Positions 36,889 to 46,911 are shown, numbered from the stretch's first letter. The stretch: 64,000 bases of DNA from Candidatus Algichlamydia australiensis (GCA_033977065.1 JAXCHI010000004.1:160001-224000); one strand, 5' to 3'. The notes: a model not told the origin generated them from the letters alone. Numbers and translations: made by a program.

Positions 36889-38016
36889 TTAAATTTTGTC
36901 TTCCATAATTTGCGCGCGGTACTCCTTCATAAGCTCGACCATGTAGTGGAGATTGTGGATAGAGGCAAGGGTTAGTCCGGTAATTTCTTTAGCTTTAAAG
37001 AGGTGGTGCAGGTAGGCGAGGGTGTATTTTTTGCAGGTGGGGCAGGTGCAATTTTCCTCAATAGGACTAAAAATATTTTTATACTTACCGCTAGAAATTT
37101 TAAGATTTCCCTTCTTCGTCAGAAGGGTTCCATGACGAGCAGCTTTGGTTGGGTAGGAGCTATCAAAGGTATCAATTCCAAGGGGGATTGATGCAGCAAG
37201 TGAGGGAAGATCACCGATGCCTAGCAAATGATTAGGAGCTTCTTTTGGCAGGCGTGGGACTGTTTGTGAAAGCATCTCAATCATCTCATCTTTTGTTTTA
37301 CCAACACTGCCACCAATGGCAAAACCATCGAAAGCAAGATCGGTCAAGAAGTCACAACTTTTTTTTCTTAATTCAGGATCAACCCCACCGTGAACGACGG
37401 CGTACATTGCTTGTGAGTTGGGATTTTTTTTGTGCTCAAGCAGAGAGCGTTTTTCCCAGCGATGGGTGCGTTCTAAAGATTTGATCAGTGCATCGCGCTT
37501 GATGTGGTAGGGGGGCAGTTCATCAAAGGGGATGATGATGTCAGCGCCAAAGTCTTTTTGTGCGCGCACAGAAGTTTCAGGCGTTAAAAGCAATTTTTTG
37601 CCGTCACGATAAGAGCGAAAAAGAACGCCCTCCTCATTGATTTTTAGAACAGAGCCACCCGCTTTTTTTGTCCCTTGGCTCTTCAGTTCCGAAGCGACAG
37701 AGCCGTAGGCTAAACTAAAGACTTGAAAGCCTCCAGAATCGGTAATAATCGGGAAAGTGCGATTCATAAATTTATGCAAACCACCCGCTTTTTTTACGAT
37801 CTCTTGTCCCGGTTGAAGCATTAAGTGGTAGGTGTTGCAAAACATGAGCTGCAAGCCAATTTCGTTGACTGTAGTGTTATCAAGCGTTTTGAGTGTGCCA
37901 TTTGTGCCAACTGCAACAAATCCGGGTGTGTCGATAATACCGTGCGGGGTATGAATGCGACCGACACGTGCGCGCGACTTTTTGGATTCATGAAGAATTT
38001 CAAATTTAAACGACAT
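36889..38016 (-). CDS. tgt: tRNA-guanine transglycosylase
   Basis: ARVGRIHTPHG, NTYHL, TDSGGFQVFSL, CTCPTC, HNL. Confidence 0.95.
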   Translation of the reverse strand: MSFKFEILHESKKSRARVGRIHTPHGIIDTPGFVAVGTNGTLKTLDNTTVNEIGLQLMFCNTYHLMLQPGQEIVKKAGGLHKFMNRTFPIITDSGGFQVFSLAYGSVASELKSQGTKKAGGSVLKINEEGVLFRSYRDGKKLLLTPETSVRAQKDFGADIIIPFDELPPYHIKRDALIKSLERTHRWEKRSLLEHKKNPNSQAMYAVVHGGVDPELRKKSCDFLTDLAFDGFAIGGSVGKTKDEMIEMLSQTVPRLPKEAPNHLLGIGDLPSLAASIPLGIDTFDSSYPTKAARHGTLLTKKGNLKISSGKYKNIFSPIEENCTCPTCKKYTLAYLHHLFKAKEITGLTLASIHNLHYMVELMKEYRAQIMEDKI

Positions 38017-38670
38017 GAGGCTTCCTTATTCGTTTTGCAAGCACGATAAATGGAGTCATGCTAGCTGCTACAAGCATTTTTACAAGGTAGCTGACAATCA
38101 TAATGGGGATGATCGAGTGTACGATTCCTTTGAGAGCTAAAATAGAGAAGAGCACAGTATCAAGAAGTTGAGAAACACTTAAAGAGATGAGGTTGCGAAA
38201 AACAAGAAGTTTTTTATCCCATCGTTTTTTCATCCAACCGTAAAAAGCCATATCAAAACGCAGAGTAGAAAAAGAGACAACTAGAGAGGTAACAAGGATA
38301 CGAGGGGAGTGCTGTAAAATCTGTGCATACGCGCTATGGTGTATGTCGTGAGGGCTTGGTCTATAAAGGAGATGAAATTGTCCTAGAAGAGCAAAGAGTG
38401 TAAGTAGAAAAAAGCTGCAGCGAATCGCTTTTTTTGCTAAGTCCCTTCCCCAATACTCCTGAACAAGGTTCAATGAGAGAATACAACCGATTGTCATCGC
38501 CTCTGTGCAGGTGATTGTGAAGCCAAAAAAGTCGATCTGCTTAATAACAAAAAGATTTGCCGTAATAATCAATAGGCAAAAAGTACTTATTAACGTCTCT
38601 TTCCCGAGGCGCAGAGCAAAGATAATAGCGGTGATGACCAGGAGAATATGGCCTAAAAAGAGAAGCTCAT
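38006..38670 (-). CDS. yhhQ: Queuosine-precursor/queuine transporter (YhhQ/VUT family); 5' start out of frame
   Basis: ANLFVIKQI, QEYWG, PRILVTSL, RNLISLSVSQLLDTVLF; no in-frame ATG at the expected position. Confidence 0.8.
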
Positions 38671-38975
38671 TGGAAAAGAAGATCTTGTAACTCTCCTGTT
38701 TGGTGCAATTGTTCCACAATATCGCAGCCGCCGATGAATTTTCCACGGATGTAGAGTTGTGGGAGAGTCGGCCAGTTAGAAAACTCTTTAATTGCTTGGC
38801 GCAAAGTATCGTCTTGCAGAACGTCGCGCGTTTCAAATGCAACACCAGAGCGCTTTAAAATATCAACAACGCGAGCGGAGAAGCCGCACATAGGTAAATT
38901 TTTGTTTCCCTTCATATAAAGAATTACAGGGAAATCTTTGACATCTATAGCGATTTTTTTAAGTGTTTGTTCCAT
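38667..38975 (-). CDS. grxD: Monothiol glutaredoxin Grx4
   Basis: YMKG...PMCGFS, WPTLPQLY, FIGGCDI. Confidence 0.93.
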   Translation of the reverse strand: MEQTLKKIAIDVKDFPVILYMKGNKNLPMCGFSARVVDILKRSGVAFETRDVLQDDTLRQAIKEFSNWPTLPQLYIRGKFIGGCDIVEQLHQTGELQDLLFQ

Positions 38976-39210
38976 TTTTCTCCTTTGGCGTAAAAGTTTT
39001 CAGACCTAAAGCGTGTAAATTTGTAGCAAAATTTGTTTTTAATGCGTTCATCACCATCTGGTGGCGTTCGATTAAAGACATTCCTTCAAACTCTTTCGCA
39101 ATAACGACCGCTTCAAAGTGGGCATTATCACACATGGGATCAGAGACTTCGATTTCTGCCCCTGGCAAGATTTCAAGAATCTTCTCTCTAATTTCAACTT
39201 GTATACTCAT
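38959..39210 (-). CDS. bolA: BolA family protein
   Basis: HFEAVVIAKEFEG..LIERHQMV...LHALGLKTFTP; adjacent to grxD. Confidence 0.9.
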   Translation of the reverse strand: MSIQVEIREKILEILPGAEIEVSDPMCDNAHFEAVVIAKEFEGMSLIERHQMVMNALKTNFATNLHALGLKTFTPKEKNGTNT

Positions 39211-39258
39211 AGAGAAGTAGCATAACATTCTGTACAAATTTTTCCTACCCTTGCAATA

Positions 39259-40899
39259 ATGAGCACTATGTCGACAAAGTCTCAACCAAAAATTTTAATT
39301 GTAGGGGCAGGACCCACAGGCTTAATGATGGGAATTTTGCTTGCCCGTGAAGGGATCCCATTTCGAATTATTGAAAAAGATAAAGAGCGCTCTCCTTTTT
39401 CACGAGCCTTAGCTCTTCAAACTCGCTCCTTAGAACTCTTGCAGGATATTCGCCTACTGCAAAAATTTATGCAGAGAGGTTTTGAAATTCGTGAGCTGAC
39501 CTTCCATACGCCCAAAAAGCAGATTGGTCACTTTACTTTAGAGGGAGTCCCATCTCCATTCTCTTTTATTCTTGTTCACCCTCAGGAGCGTACGGAAGAG
39601 CTTTTAGAGGAGCATCTAGTAAGTAGGGGAGTCAAAGTTGAGCGTGGAGTGACACTGACAGAAGTATCCACTACAGGAGAGGTTACACTGCAATCTGATA
39701 AAGAGGAGAAGTGCAAATTTGACTATGTTCTTGCTTGCGATGGAGGGCATTCAGCTGTTCGTGAAAAAGTAAAAATCCCCTTTGAAGGAGTCGATCGCAA
39801 AGAGGTTTTTGCTTTAGCTGACCTTAAAGTGCAAAGCTCTATCGACCCTAAGGCAATGAGTGGGTTTTTTAGTCCAGACGGTGTTGTCGCATTTATTCCC
39901 ATGCCGGAAGGGTATATGCGATTGATTCTGGCCAATATGAAAGAGCACAAAGATTTGACGCTTGAGGAATTAAAACAAGTTGTCGAAAAACGCACCAAGC
40001 GTACATTTCACCTCTCTGATATAAAGTGGACTTCGCATTTTATCACCCACTTTCGTCACTCAGCAACCATGCGCAGAGGCTCTGTCTTCCTTTTTGGTGA
40101 TAGTGCACATATTCACTCACCTGTTGGGGGACAGGGAATGAATACTGGACTCCAAGATAGCTATAACTTTGCCTGGAAACTTGCACGCGTAATACGAAAA
40201 GAGGCGAGCAGCTCCTTGCTTGAGACGTACGAAGAGGAGCGTATGCAAGTCGCAGAGAGCCTAATTCGTTGGACAAGTCAGATGACAAAATTTGTGACCT
40301 TACAAAGGAATCCCTTTCTTTTTCTGCGTAATCAACTATTAAGCTATCTCTTTAAACGTAAATTTTTTCAGAAAAAATTGCGTCTTTGGATGACGCAAAC
40401 GCGTATCCATTATCGCGAGAGCCCCCTCTCAAAAGAGCATGCGCCCTCTTTTCTCTCTGCGCTTTTTTCGCGCAAGCAGCGCGAATTTCGCTTAGGACCG
40501 CGTGCAGGAGACCGAGCTCTTGATGCAGAAGTCTCTCTTAAAGATCAGCTGGAGATTTCTACTCTCTTTGAGGCCCTTTCTGGTTCTAAATTTGTCCTTC
40601 TTGTATTTGCAAGTAAACGTTTAAAGCCCAAACTTTTGCAAGAGCTCAAAGAGCTTCTGCCGCAAGATTTTGTCGCCTATCTCATCGCTTCTGATGAGCA
40701 GCATCCTCTTATAGAAACGTGGAATGGAGACGTGATCTTTGATCGCTCCGGCTCTTTAAGAAAAAATTACGGTGTCAGCCACTCAAGCCTCTACCTCATT
40801 CGCCCCGATAACTATATTGCCTATAGAAGTTACGGCTTTGAGCTTCCCGCTTTTAAGAAGTACCTTCACGGCGCCTCTTTTTCTCTTGCGCACCCTTAA
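39259..40899 (+). CDS. FAD-dependent monooxygenase (PheA/TfdB-like)
   Basis: GAGPTG, ACDGGHSAVR, GDSAHIHSPVGGQGMNTGLQD, LIRPD. Confidence 0.9.
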   Translation: MSTMSTKSQPKILIVGAGPTGLMMGILLAREGIPFRIIEKDKERSPFSRALALQTRSLELLQDIRLLQKFMQRGFEIRELTFHTPKKQIGHFTLEGVPSPFSFILVHPQERTEELLEEHLVSRGVKVERGVTLTEVSTTGEVTLQSDKEEKCKFDYVLACDGGHSAVREKVKIPFEGVDRKEVFALADLKVQSSIDPKAMSGFFSPDGVVAFIPMPEGYMRLILANMKEHKDLTLEELKQVVEKRTKRTFHLSDIKWTSHFITHFRHSATMRRGSVFLFGDSAHIHSPVGGQGMNTGLQDSYNFAWKLARVIRKEASSSLLETYEEERMQVAESLIRWTSQMTKFVTLQRNPFLFLRNQLLSYLFKRKFFQKKLRLWMTQTRIHYRESPLSKEHAPSFLSALFSRKQREFRLGPRAGDRALDAEVSLKDQLEISTLFEALSGSKFVLLVFASKRLKPKLLQELKELLPQDFVAYLIASDEQHPLIETWNGDVIFDRSGSLRKNYGVSHSSLYLIRPDNYIAYRSYGFELPAFKKYLHGASFSLAHP

Positions 40900-41356
40900 A
40901 TCGATGCTGGCGGCGCATCTCTGCCTCTTCAAACCTGCGCTTTTCATCACTGGTTTCAGGACTTAAAGGAGGAACAGTTGTTGGTTTGCGATGCTCATCG
41001 AGTGCAACAAACGTTAAATAAGCGGAGACAATGTGTCTTCTTTTGCGATCATTTAAATTATCTTCGGCAATCACTTTGACACCAATCTCCATCGATGTAT
41101 TCCAGGTGCGGTTGACCGAGCCCATAAAAATCAAATTTTCTCCGCGCCCTGCTGGAGCTAGAAAATGAATCGCATCAACGGACGCTGTCACACACGTATT
41201 TTGCGCATGACGCTCGGCAACAACAGCTGCAACACGATCGATAATGCTCATGATCATCCCGCCAAAGGCAGTACCATGCGAATTCAAATCATTAGGAAAA
41301 ATACGATAAGTGTGGTCATTGACCGCACTCTCTGCTGGGGGCTTTGCTTCACTCAT
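40853..41356 (-). CDS. Acyl-CoA thioesterase (hotdog, YciA-like)
   Basis: PNDLNSHGTAFGG, VTASVD, TSMEIGV, AYLTFVALD. Confidence 0.9.
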   Translation of the reverse strand: MSEAKPPAESAVNDHTYRIFPNDLNSHGTAFGGMIMSIIDRVAAVVAERHAQNTCVTASVDAIHFLAPAGRGENLIFMGSVNRTWNTSMEIGVKVIAEDNLNDRKRRHIVSAYLTFVALDEHRKPTTVPPLSPETSDEKRRFEEAEMRRQHRFKGAQEKKRRREGTS

Positions 41357-41547
41357 ACCCTCTTACTATCATAAACCAATTATTTTAGTTTACGACAAAT
41401 CTAAAGTTGTTTCCTTTCAAAGACCAAAGAGCAAAAGATAGAGCGCTTATTTATGGGGGCGATCAGTCACAAAAAATTGGAAAATTTCAATTGAGCTTAC
41501 CCTAATAAAGCTGTAATTGGATTTTTTCTCAGTTTTGAGAAGGATTC

Positions 41548-43857
41548 CTATTCAACCTCGTTCAAAAAATGGAAGCGGTTGAGGCGAGAATGTTGAGATC
41601 TCGGAGGAAGATCAACTCTACGTTGTGAAAAATTTGCGGTTCTTAAACTTAACGCTTGAGGTCTTAGTGTAAATCTCGGAACCTCTATAGGTCTTGGTAA
41701 CTCTTGTGGTCTAGAAAACTGACGAGAACACCGATGAGGAAGCGTTTCTTCTGTAAGAATAGTTAAAAATTTCTTTGAAAGATCAATCAATCGTTGCTCA
41801 TAAGTATCATCATCAATCTCTTCGATCTCATTCATTTTACCAGGAAATTTCTTTTTTAAAGCTTCGTGCCATTTTTTATTTGCCAGCAAACGAGAATAGT
41901 ATTTATCGGGGTTACTTAGTTCTGCATGAACATAATTTTTGGCATCTTCTTTATCTTTTTCTGTTACGAGTGAGCAAGCTTCAAAACTCATTCTTGTAAT
42001 ATCGATTTCAAGATTTGGATAGGAGAGAATAATAGCGAGTTGCGTCTCTATGTCATCAATAGTAATGCGTTGGAAATTATTTATTAGATTGGCAAGCGCT
42101 GCGCAGACTTCGCGGATCTTTTGCTCTCTATATTGAGGCACAAGGTTTTCCACTATGCTGTCTACATTCATGTCATGAAGCCCTGTCCGGTTTGATGCAG
42201 ATATTTTTTTAAAAACCTCTCTAGCTTCAACGAGAGTTTCTCGTAACTCAATTTTATAGTTTTCGGAATTAGAATCGAGGTTTTGGAGTTTTTCATATAG
42301 AATAGGAAATTGACTTTGAATATTTCGAAGCTTTACGAGAACCCCATCTGAAAATTCTTTTAATAACTCAACGACCCAAGCTGTCTTCCCAATAAAAGTT
42401 GCGAGGGTAAACGAATCGTCGATTCCAAAATCAAGAAGTCTTTTTGCGATTCCAATATCAATGATCATAAGCGCGACGCTGTCGCTGCAGCTAATTGTAG
42501 CTGAGGTGATAGTAGAGAGAAGCTCTTCCTTCCAGTTTTGATCTTCAATAGCAAGTTCAAAATATTCACAGATTTTCACGGCCATCTCAACTTTGCTCTC
42601 CTCTGAGTAAGTTGACTGTGCCATATCTCCAACTTTACGAAGCCACTCTCCTAGAGCATTCTTCTGCTGACGATTCAGATCAAGACGTGAGAGGTCTACC
42701 TGTTTTCCTGCAACTCGATTGAGCTTATCCCAATTTGATTGTAAAGTTTGTAAAAAGCCCCTATTAGAGGAGAGCGAAGTCGTTACCCGAGGCCCTTCTT
42801 GGGGCTCTTGTGAAGGAACTCTACGACTAGCTTCTAAGCTTTCTCTTAGTGCTTGGAGGATTTCTGCTATTCTAGCATGTTGATGATTTAGAGCTTGGTG
42901 AATTCGCGGATCCAGATTATTTTGAGAGCTTGTCTGCGCAGCCCTTGTATAAGCACCATTTCCTCGAAAATTAGAATTATCCAGAAAGATATTAGGAGAA
43001 GAACTTTCCTGTGGAAGCTCGGGCTGTTCAACAGGGGCAGGTGCGCGTTGAGTTTGAAAAACTTGACAGTCTCTGTGAAGATGATTAACACACTGAGGAA
43101 GCTCATCGAAATTATTGTATTGAATATCGAGGTGGCGTAGAGATCTTAATTCACCAACTACCAAAGGAAGGGAATTAAGACTGTTATGACTGAGGTTAAG
43201 AGTGTTTAGGTTGGGTAGAATAGAAATGGTTGGGGGAACTTCAGAAATTTCATTATGGTCAAGTTTTAGGGTTCTAAGGAATTGAAGATTGAAAATATTT
43301 ATGGGAATAGTTCGCAGTCCTGTCGAAGAGAGATGTAGATCTTGAAGGCTAGGGGGAAGAATGAGTCTATTGGAATCGAAATTGCTATTATGTGATAGCT
43401 TTAATGTTTTTAGGGGGAGTTCGTAGAACCAGTCGGGCAATCCTTCTAACTCGTTATATGAAAGATCAAACGTTTTTAACCTTTTTAGTTGTTGAATTTC
43501 AGGTGGAATCGAGCAAAGTCTATTTTCTTTTAGCTCGAGATCAGTAATCCAAGTCAGTCGTTCTAGATTGGGTGGGAGTTCCGTTAATTTTAAATTGGAG
43601 AGATCGAGATAGCGGCTATTCTCGCGAATGCATCTCTTGACTCTTTTGATGGCCTCTCCACGTTTCTCACCTTCTCTGCCTTGAGAGATCCACGCCTTAT
43701 CAATCAAATTTTGTCTATAATTTTGATAACGACAATATAGGAAGTAGAGGCTCAAAGCACCAATACCTAAGTAGGCAACTGTAGTAATTTTATTTTCAAT
43801 GGATAGGCTTCTAAAATAATTTGTGTATTCTATGCCTGCACTCTTTACTTTGTTCAT
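41548..43857 (-). CDS. LRR plus NEL-like E3 ubiquitin ligase effector with N-terminal TM
   Basis: LxLSxNxLxxLP repeats; helical C-terminal domain with ATISCSDSVAL (CxD) and DDIETQL. Confidence 0.78.
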   Translation of the reverse strand: MNKVKSAGIEYTNYFRSLSIENKITTVAYLGIGALSLYFLYCRYQNYRQNLIDKAWISQGREGEKRGEAIKRVKRCIRENSRYLDLSNLKLTELPPNLERLTWITDLELKENRLCSIPPEIQQLKRLKTFDLSYNELEGLPDWFYELPLKTLKLSHNSNFDSNRLILPPSLQDLHLSSTGLRTIPINIFNLQFLRTLKLDHNEISEVPPTISILPNLNTLNLSHNSLNSLPLVVGELRSLRHLDIQYNNFDELPQCVNHLHRDCQVFQTQRAPAPVEQPELPQESSSPNIFLDNSNFRGNGAYTRAAQTSSQNNLDPRIHQALNHQHARIAEILQALRESLEASRRVPSQEPQEGPRVTTSLSSNRGFLQTLQSNWDKLNRVAGKQVDLSRLDLNRQQKNALGEWLRKVGDMAQSTYSEESKVEMAVKICEYFELAIEDQNWKEELLSTITSATISCSDSVALMIIDIGIAKRLLDFGIDDSFTLATFIGKTAWVVELLKEFSDGVLVKLRNIQSQFPILYEKLQNLDSNSENYKIELRETLVEAREVFKKISASNRTGLHDMNVDSIVENLVPQYREQKIREVCAALANLINNFQRITIDDIETQLAIILSYPNLEIDITRMSFEACSLVTEKDKEDAKNYVHAELSNPDKYYSRLLANKKWHEALKKKFPGKMNEIEEIDDDTYEQRLIDLSKKFLTILTEETLPHRCSRQFSRPQELPRPIEVPRFTLRPQALSLRTANFSQRRVDLPPRSQHSRLNRFHFLNEVE

Positions 43858-43952
43858 CGTTTTCTTCGGTTTTGAAGCAGCATGGTAACATATATAGAGA
43901 ATATTGAAAAGATGAAGATGGGCTGTTAGTATATGTCAAAAAAGGAGTTTAT

Positions 43953-44927
43953 GTGAAGAAAGCCATAAGAGTTGCGGTAACAGGAGGAGCAGGACAGATT
44001 AGCTATAGCGCGCTTTTTCGAATTGGAAATGGAGATCTGTTTGGTAAGGATCAACCAGTAGAGCTCTCAATTTTAGAGTTGCCAATTTCTATGGACGCAT
44101 TGAAAGGTGTTGTGATGGAGCTTGAAGATTGCGCCTTTCCGCTGCTGAAAGAAATTCATATAAGCTCTGAGCCAAAAGAGGCGTTTGCTGATGCAGATGT
44201 TGTCCTGTTCATTGGGGCAAAGCCGCGCGGGCCCGGGCAGGAGCGCAAAGATCTTTTAGCTGAAAATGGCAAAATTTTTGTGGGCCAGGGTAAGGCGCTA
44301 AATGAGGTAGCAAAACGCGATGCGAAAATGCTTGTGGTGGGAAATCCTTGCAACACCAATGCTCTTGTGTTGATGCATAACGCTCCCAATCTGCCAAGAG
44401 AAAACTTTTTTGCGATGACGCGTCTGGATCAGAATCGCGCGCAGGCACAGCTTGCTGCAAAAGCAGGTGTGGATTCTAATCAAGTCGAAAATCTTGTGAT
44501 TTGGGGCAACCATTCAGCTACGCAGGTACCAGACTTTCTCAATGCAAAAATTTCTGGTAAACCGGTTCTTGATGTGATTACGGATCGCGATTGGCTAGAA
44601 GGCGAGTTTTTTACTACGGTGCAGCAGCGTGGAGCCGCTATCATTAAAGCACGCGGCAAATCTTCAGCGGCCAGCGCAGCCAGTGCAGCAGTTGATACGG
44701 TAAATTCTATTTTTAGCCATGAACTCTACTCTGCAGGTGTAATTTCTGATGGCAATCCTTACGGCATAGCAGATGGTCTTATTTTTTCTCTTCCACTCCT
44801 TGCCAAATCGGGAAGTTGGGAGATTGTAAAAGGGTTTACTCACGATGATTTCCTTGAAAAAAAGATCAAAGAGACAGAAAAGGAACTCATGGAGGAGCGC
44901 GATATGGTTGCGAGCTTATTACGATGA
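43953..44927 (+). CDS. mdh: Malate dehydrogenase
   Basis: [41 protein letters not shown]. Confidence 0.95.
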   Translation: MKKAIRVAVTGGAGQISYSALFRIGNGDLFGKDQPVELSILELPISMDALKGVVMELEDCAFPLLKEIHISSEPKEAFADADVVLFIGAKPRGPGQERKDLLAENGKIFVGQGKALNEVAKRDAKMLVVGNPCNTNALVLMHNAPNLPRENFFAMTRLDQNRAQAQLAAKAGVDSNQVENLVIWGNHSATQVPDFLNAKISGKPVLDVITDRDWLEGEFFTTVQQRGAAIIKARGKSSAASAASAAVDTVNSIFSHELYSAGVISDGNPYGIADGLIFSLPLLAKSGSWEIVKGFTHDDFLEKKIKETEKELMEERDMVASLLR

Positions 44928-46147
44928 GTGATGTTTTATTTGAGATAAAAGAGGAAAATCTTGAGACGGGTTTGCGTGGCATTCCTGTTGGTTATTGCAT
45001 CACATCACGTGTTGATGCGGAAAAAGGGCTTTTCTATCGCGATAAAGCGGTAACAGAGTGTGTACAGATGCAGCCCGAAGAGGTACTCTCTTACCTTTAT
45101 GGTAGTGATCTTTCTAAAGAGCTTGTTTCGCGTGGCGTGTGTGATCAAGCTGTAATCGATCATATTGAAAAATTGCCTGGAAAAGTAGCACCCATGAAAC
45201 TCTTCTCTACGGCCATTTTGCTCCTTGGCATGTTTGAGAGTAAACAAGATTATCGCGAAGACGCGCTCAATCTCATCGCTAAAATTCCTCATCTAGCTGC
45301 AGCAGTCATCAATTACCACGCAGGCTGGGGCAAAACGCCTCCTTCAAATCCTGAGCTTGGTTACATGCAAAATTTTACTCATCTGCTGAATGTTCCCGAT
45401 TCTGATAAGAAAATTTTAGGCGAAGTTCTTACCCTCTTCAACATTTTACATTACGATCACGGTGGTGGTAACCTCTCTGCATTTGTGGGTAAGGCCGTTG
45501 CTTCAGGTCTTACCGATCTCTATGGCTCTATCGCCTCAAGTATGTGTGCTTTAGCCGGACCGCGGCACGGGTGCGCCAATCAAGTGGCTCTTGAATTTGT
45601 ACAAAGCGTTCTTGATGAAGCGGGAACAGAAGCAACAGAAAAAGATTTAGAAAATCTGCTGCGCAAACGCCTTGCAGAAAAAAAACTTGTTTTTGGATTT
45701 GGCCACGCTGTTTTGCGCGTTGAGGACCCGCGCGCTGCTATCATGTATGATTACTCGGCAAAAAATTTCCCCGATCATCCACTCGTGCGTACCGCACTTT
45801 TGCTTCGCAAAGCAGGTCCTACAGTCTTAAAAGAGAACCCTAAAATTCAAAATCCCTATCCCAATCTCGATGCCATTAGTGGCTCGATGCTCTCAGGCGC
45901 TGGCTTCCCTTATCCTGAGTATTACACCATTCTGTTTGGAGTTGCGCGCGCTTGCGGCATCGCGATGCAAATTGTCTACGAGCGCCTCGAGGCGCGCGAT
46001 GGCAAGGGGACTCCCATTGTCCGCTCCCAAATACCTCTACAGGAACCACTGAACAATTCATGCACCGATATCTCGGCCGAAAAATTCTATAAAATTTTAT
46101 TTTCGATCTCCATCAACTTTCCAAAGTTGATTCCGATCTCCAAATAA
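44924..46147 (+). CDS. gltA: Citrate synthase; C-terminus altered by a 1-nt frameshift and element insertion
   Basis: [33 protein letters not shown]; expected PKYLY lies in another frame. Confidence 0.88.
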   Translation: MSDVLFEIKEENLETGLRGIPVGYCITSRVDAEKGLFYRDKAVTECVQMQPEEVLSYLYGSDLSKELVSRGVCDQAVIDHIEKLPGKVAPMKLFSTAILLLGMFESKQDYREDALNLIAKIPHLAAAVINYHAGWGKTPPSNPELGYMQNFTHLLNVPDSDKKILGEVLTLFNILHYDHGGGNLSAFVGKAVASGLTDLYGSIASSMCALAGPRHGCANQVALEFVQSVLDEAGTEATEKDLENLLRKRLAEKKLVFGFGHAVLRVEDPRAAIMYDYSAKNFPDHPLVRTALLLRKAGPTVLKENPKIQNPYPNLDAISGSMLSGAGFPYPEYYTILFGVARACGIAMQIVYERLEARDGKGTPIVRSQIPLQEPLNNSCTDISAEKFYKILFSISINFPKLIPISK

Positions 46148-46202
46148 CGTTTTTTAGAATTTTCGGTTCGACCTATCGGTACAGCAATTATTCAGTGGCT
46201 CC
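46042..46202 (+). mobile_element. 161-bp palindromic MITE-like element, divergent family B, TACA duplication
   Basis: Ends GGAACCACTGAACAATT / AATTATTCAGTGGCTCC; TACA at 46038-41 and 46203-06. Confidence 0.88.
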
Positions 46203-46321
46203 TACAAAAAATAAAAACTTTATTTTTTCATAGTAATTTCTTATAATTTCCGTAGATTGGGGTGAAAACTATCCCTGTATTCGAAATTAAGCAATACACA
46301 CTTAGTTGCTTGTGTATTTTA

Positions 46322-46351
46322 TTGACCAATATATTGGTCATATGGTACTAT
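46322..46351 (+). promoter_or_regulatory. TA operon promoter with 18-bp palindromic operator
   Basis: TTGACC (-35), TGnTACTAT (extended -10), perfect palindrome TGACCAATATATTGGTCA at 46323-46340. Confidence 0.7.
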
Positions 46352-46352
46352 C

Positions 46353-46652
46353 ATGCTAGTAAGGAAATCAAAGGAGTTTAACTCCTGGATGAAAGCTTTG
46401 CGCGAGGCTGAAAGAAAGTTAGTTGAGTCAAGGCTAAATCGAATAGAGTGTTCTTGTCACTTTGGAGATGCCAAGTATTTAGGAGAGCATCTAGCAGAGC
46501 TACGATGAAAAAATGGAATAAGAATTTATTTTTATAAAATAAATAATGAAGAGGTTTTTCTTTTATTAGGAGGATATAAAAATGCCCAAGCCAAAGAGAT
46601 CAAAAAAGCAAGAATTTTGCTTCGCCGATATGCCCGCTCTTGGACGGGATAA
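46353..46652 (+). pseudogene. RelE/HigB-like addiction-module toxin with in-frame TGA
   Basis: MLVRKSKEFNSWMKAL...RLNRIE...HFGDAKYLGEHLAELR*KNGIRIYF...LLLGGYKNAQAKEIKKAR; TGA at 46506-46508 (codon 52 of 100). Confidence 0.85.
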
Positions 46653-46911
46653 GAGATTCAAATCATACGTTCATGATTCAAAAAAGCCTTTTAGAGATAA
46701 AAAAGCTGTGGCTCTTGCTCTTTTTCAGTGTCTTGAAGATAACGATCCAGAATCCTTTGTAGAAATTCTTGAAACTTATTTGGAAGTGAATAAAACAGAA
46801 ATTGCAAAAAAGGCCAATCTCTCACGATCAACAGTACAGAATGCTTTTTCGAATAAAGGAAATCCTACAATTCGAACAATTGCTCAAATTGTTCATAAAG
46901 CTGTTGCTTAA
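46582..46911 (+). CDS. Addiction-module antitoxin, XRE-type HTH
   Basis: NKTEIAKKANLSRSTVQNAFSNKGNPTIRTIAQI; downstream of and overlapping the toxin. Confidence 0.82.
   Translation: MPKPKRSKKQEFCFADMPALGRDKRFKSYVHDSKKPFRDKKAVALALFQCLEDNDPESFVEILETYLEVNKTEIAKKANLSRSTVQNAFSNKGNPTIRTIAQIVHKAVA

Noticed and set aside
41459..41549. About 90-bp imperfect hairpin after the LRR-NEL stop
   Set aside because: The pairing is loose and there is no second copy in the window; it could be a terminator or a decayed element.
46506..46508. TGA-as-Trp genetic code
   Set aside because: mdh, hflX and glgB end at TGA at their expected positions, and Trp is encoded by TGG elsewhere.
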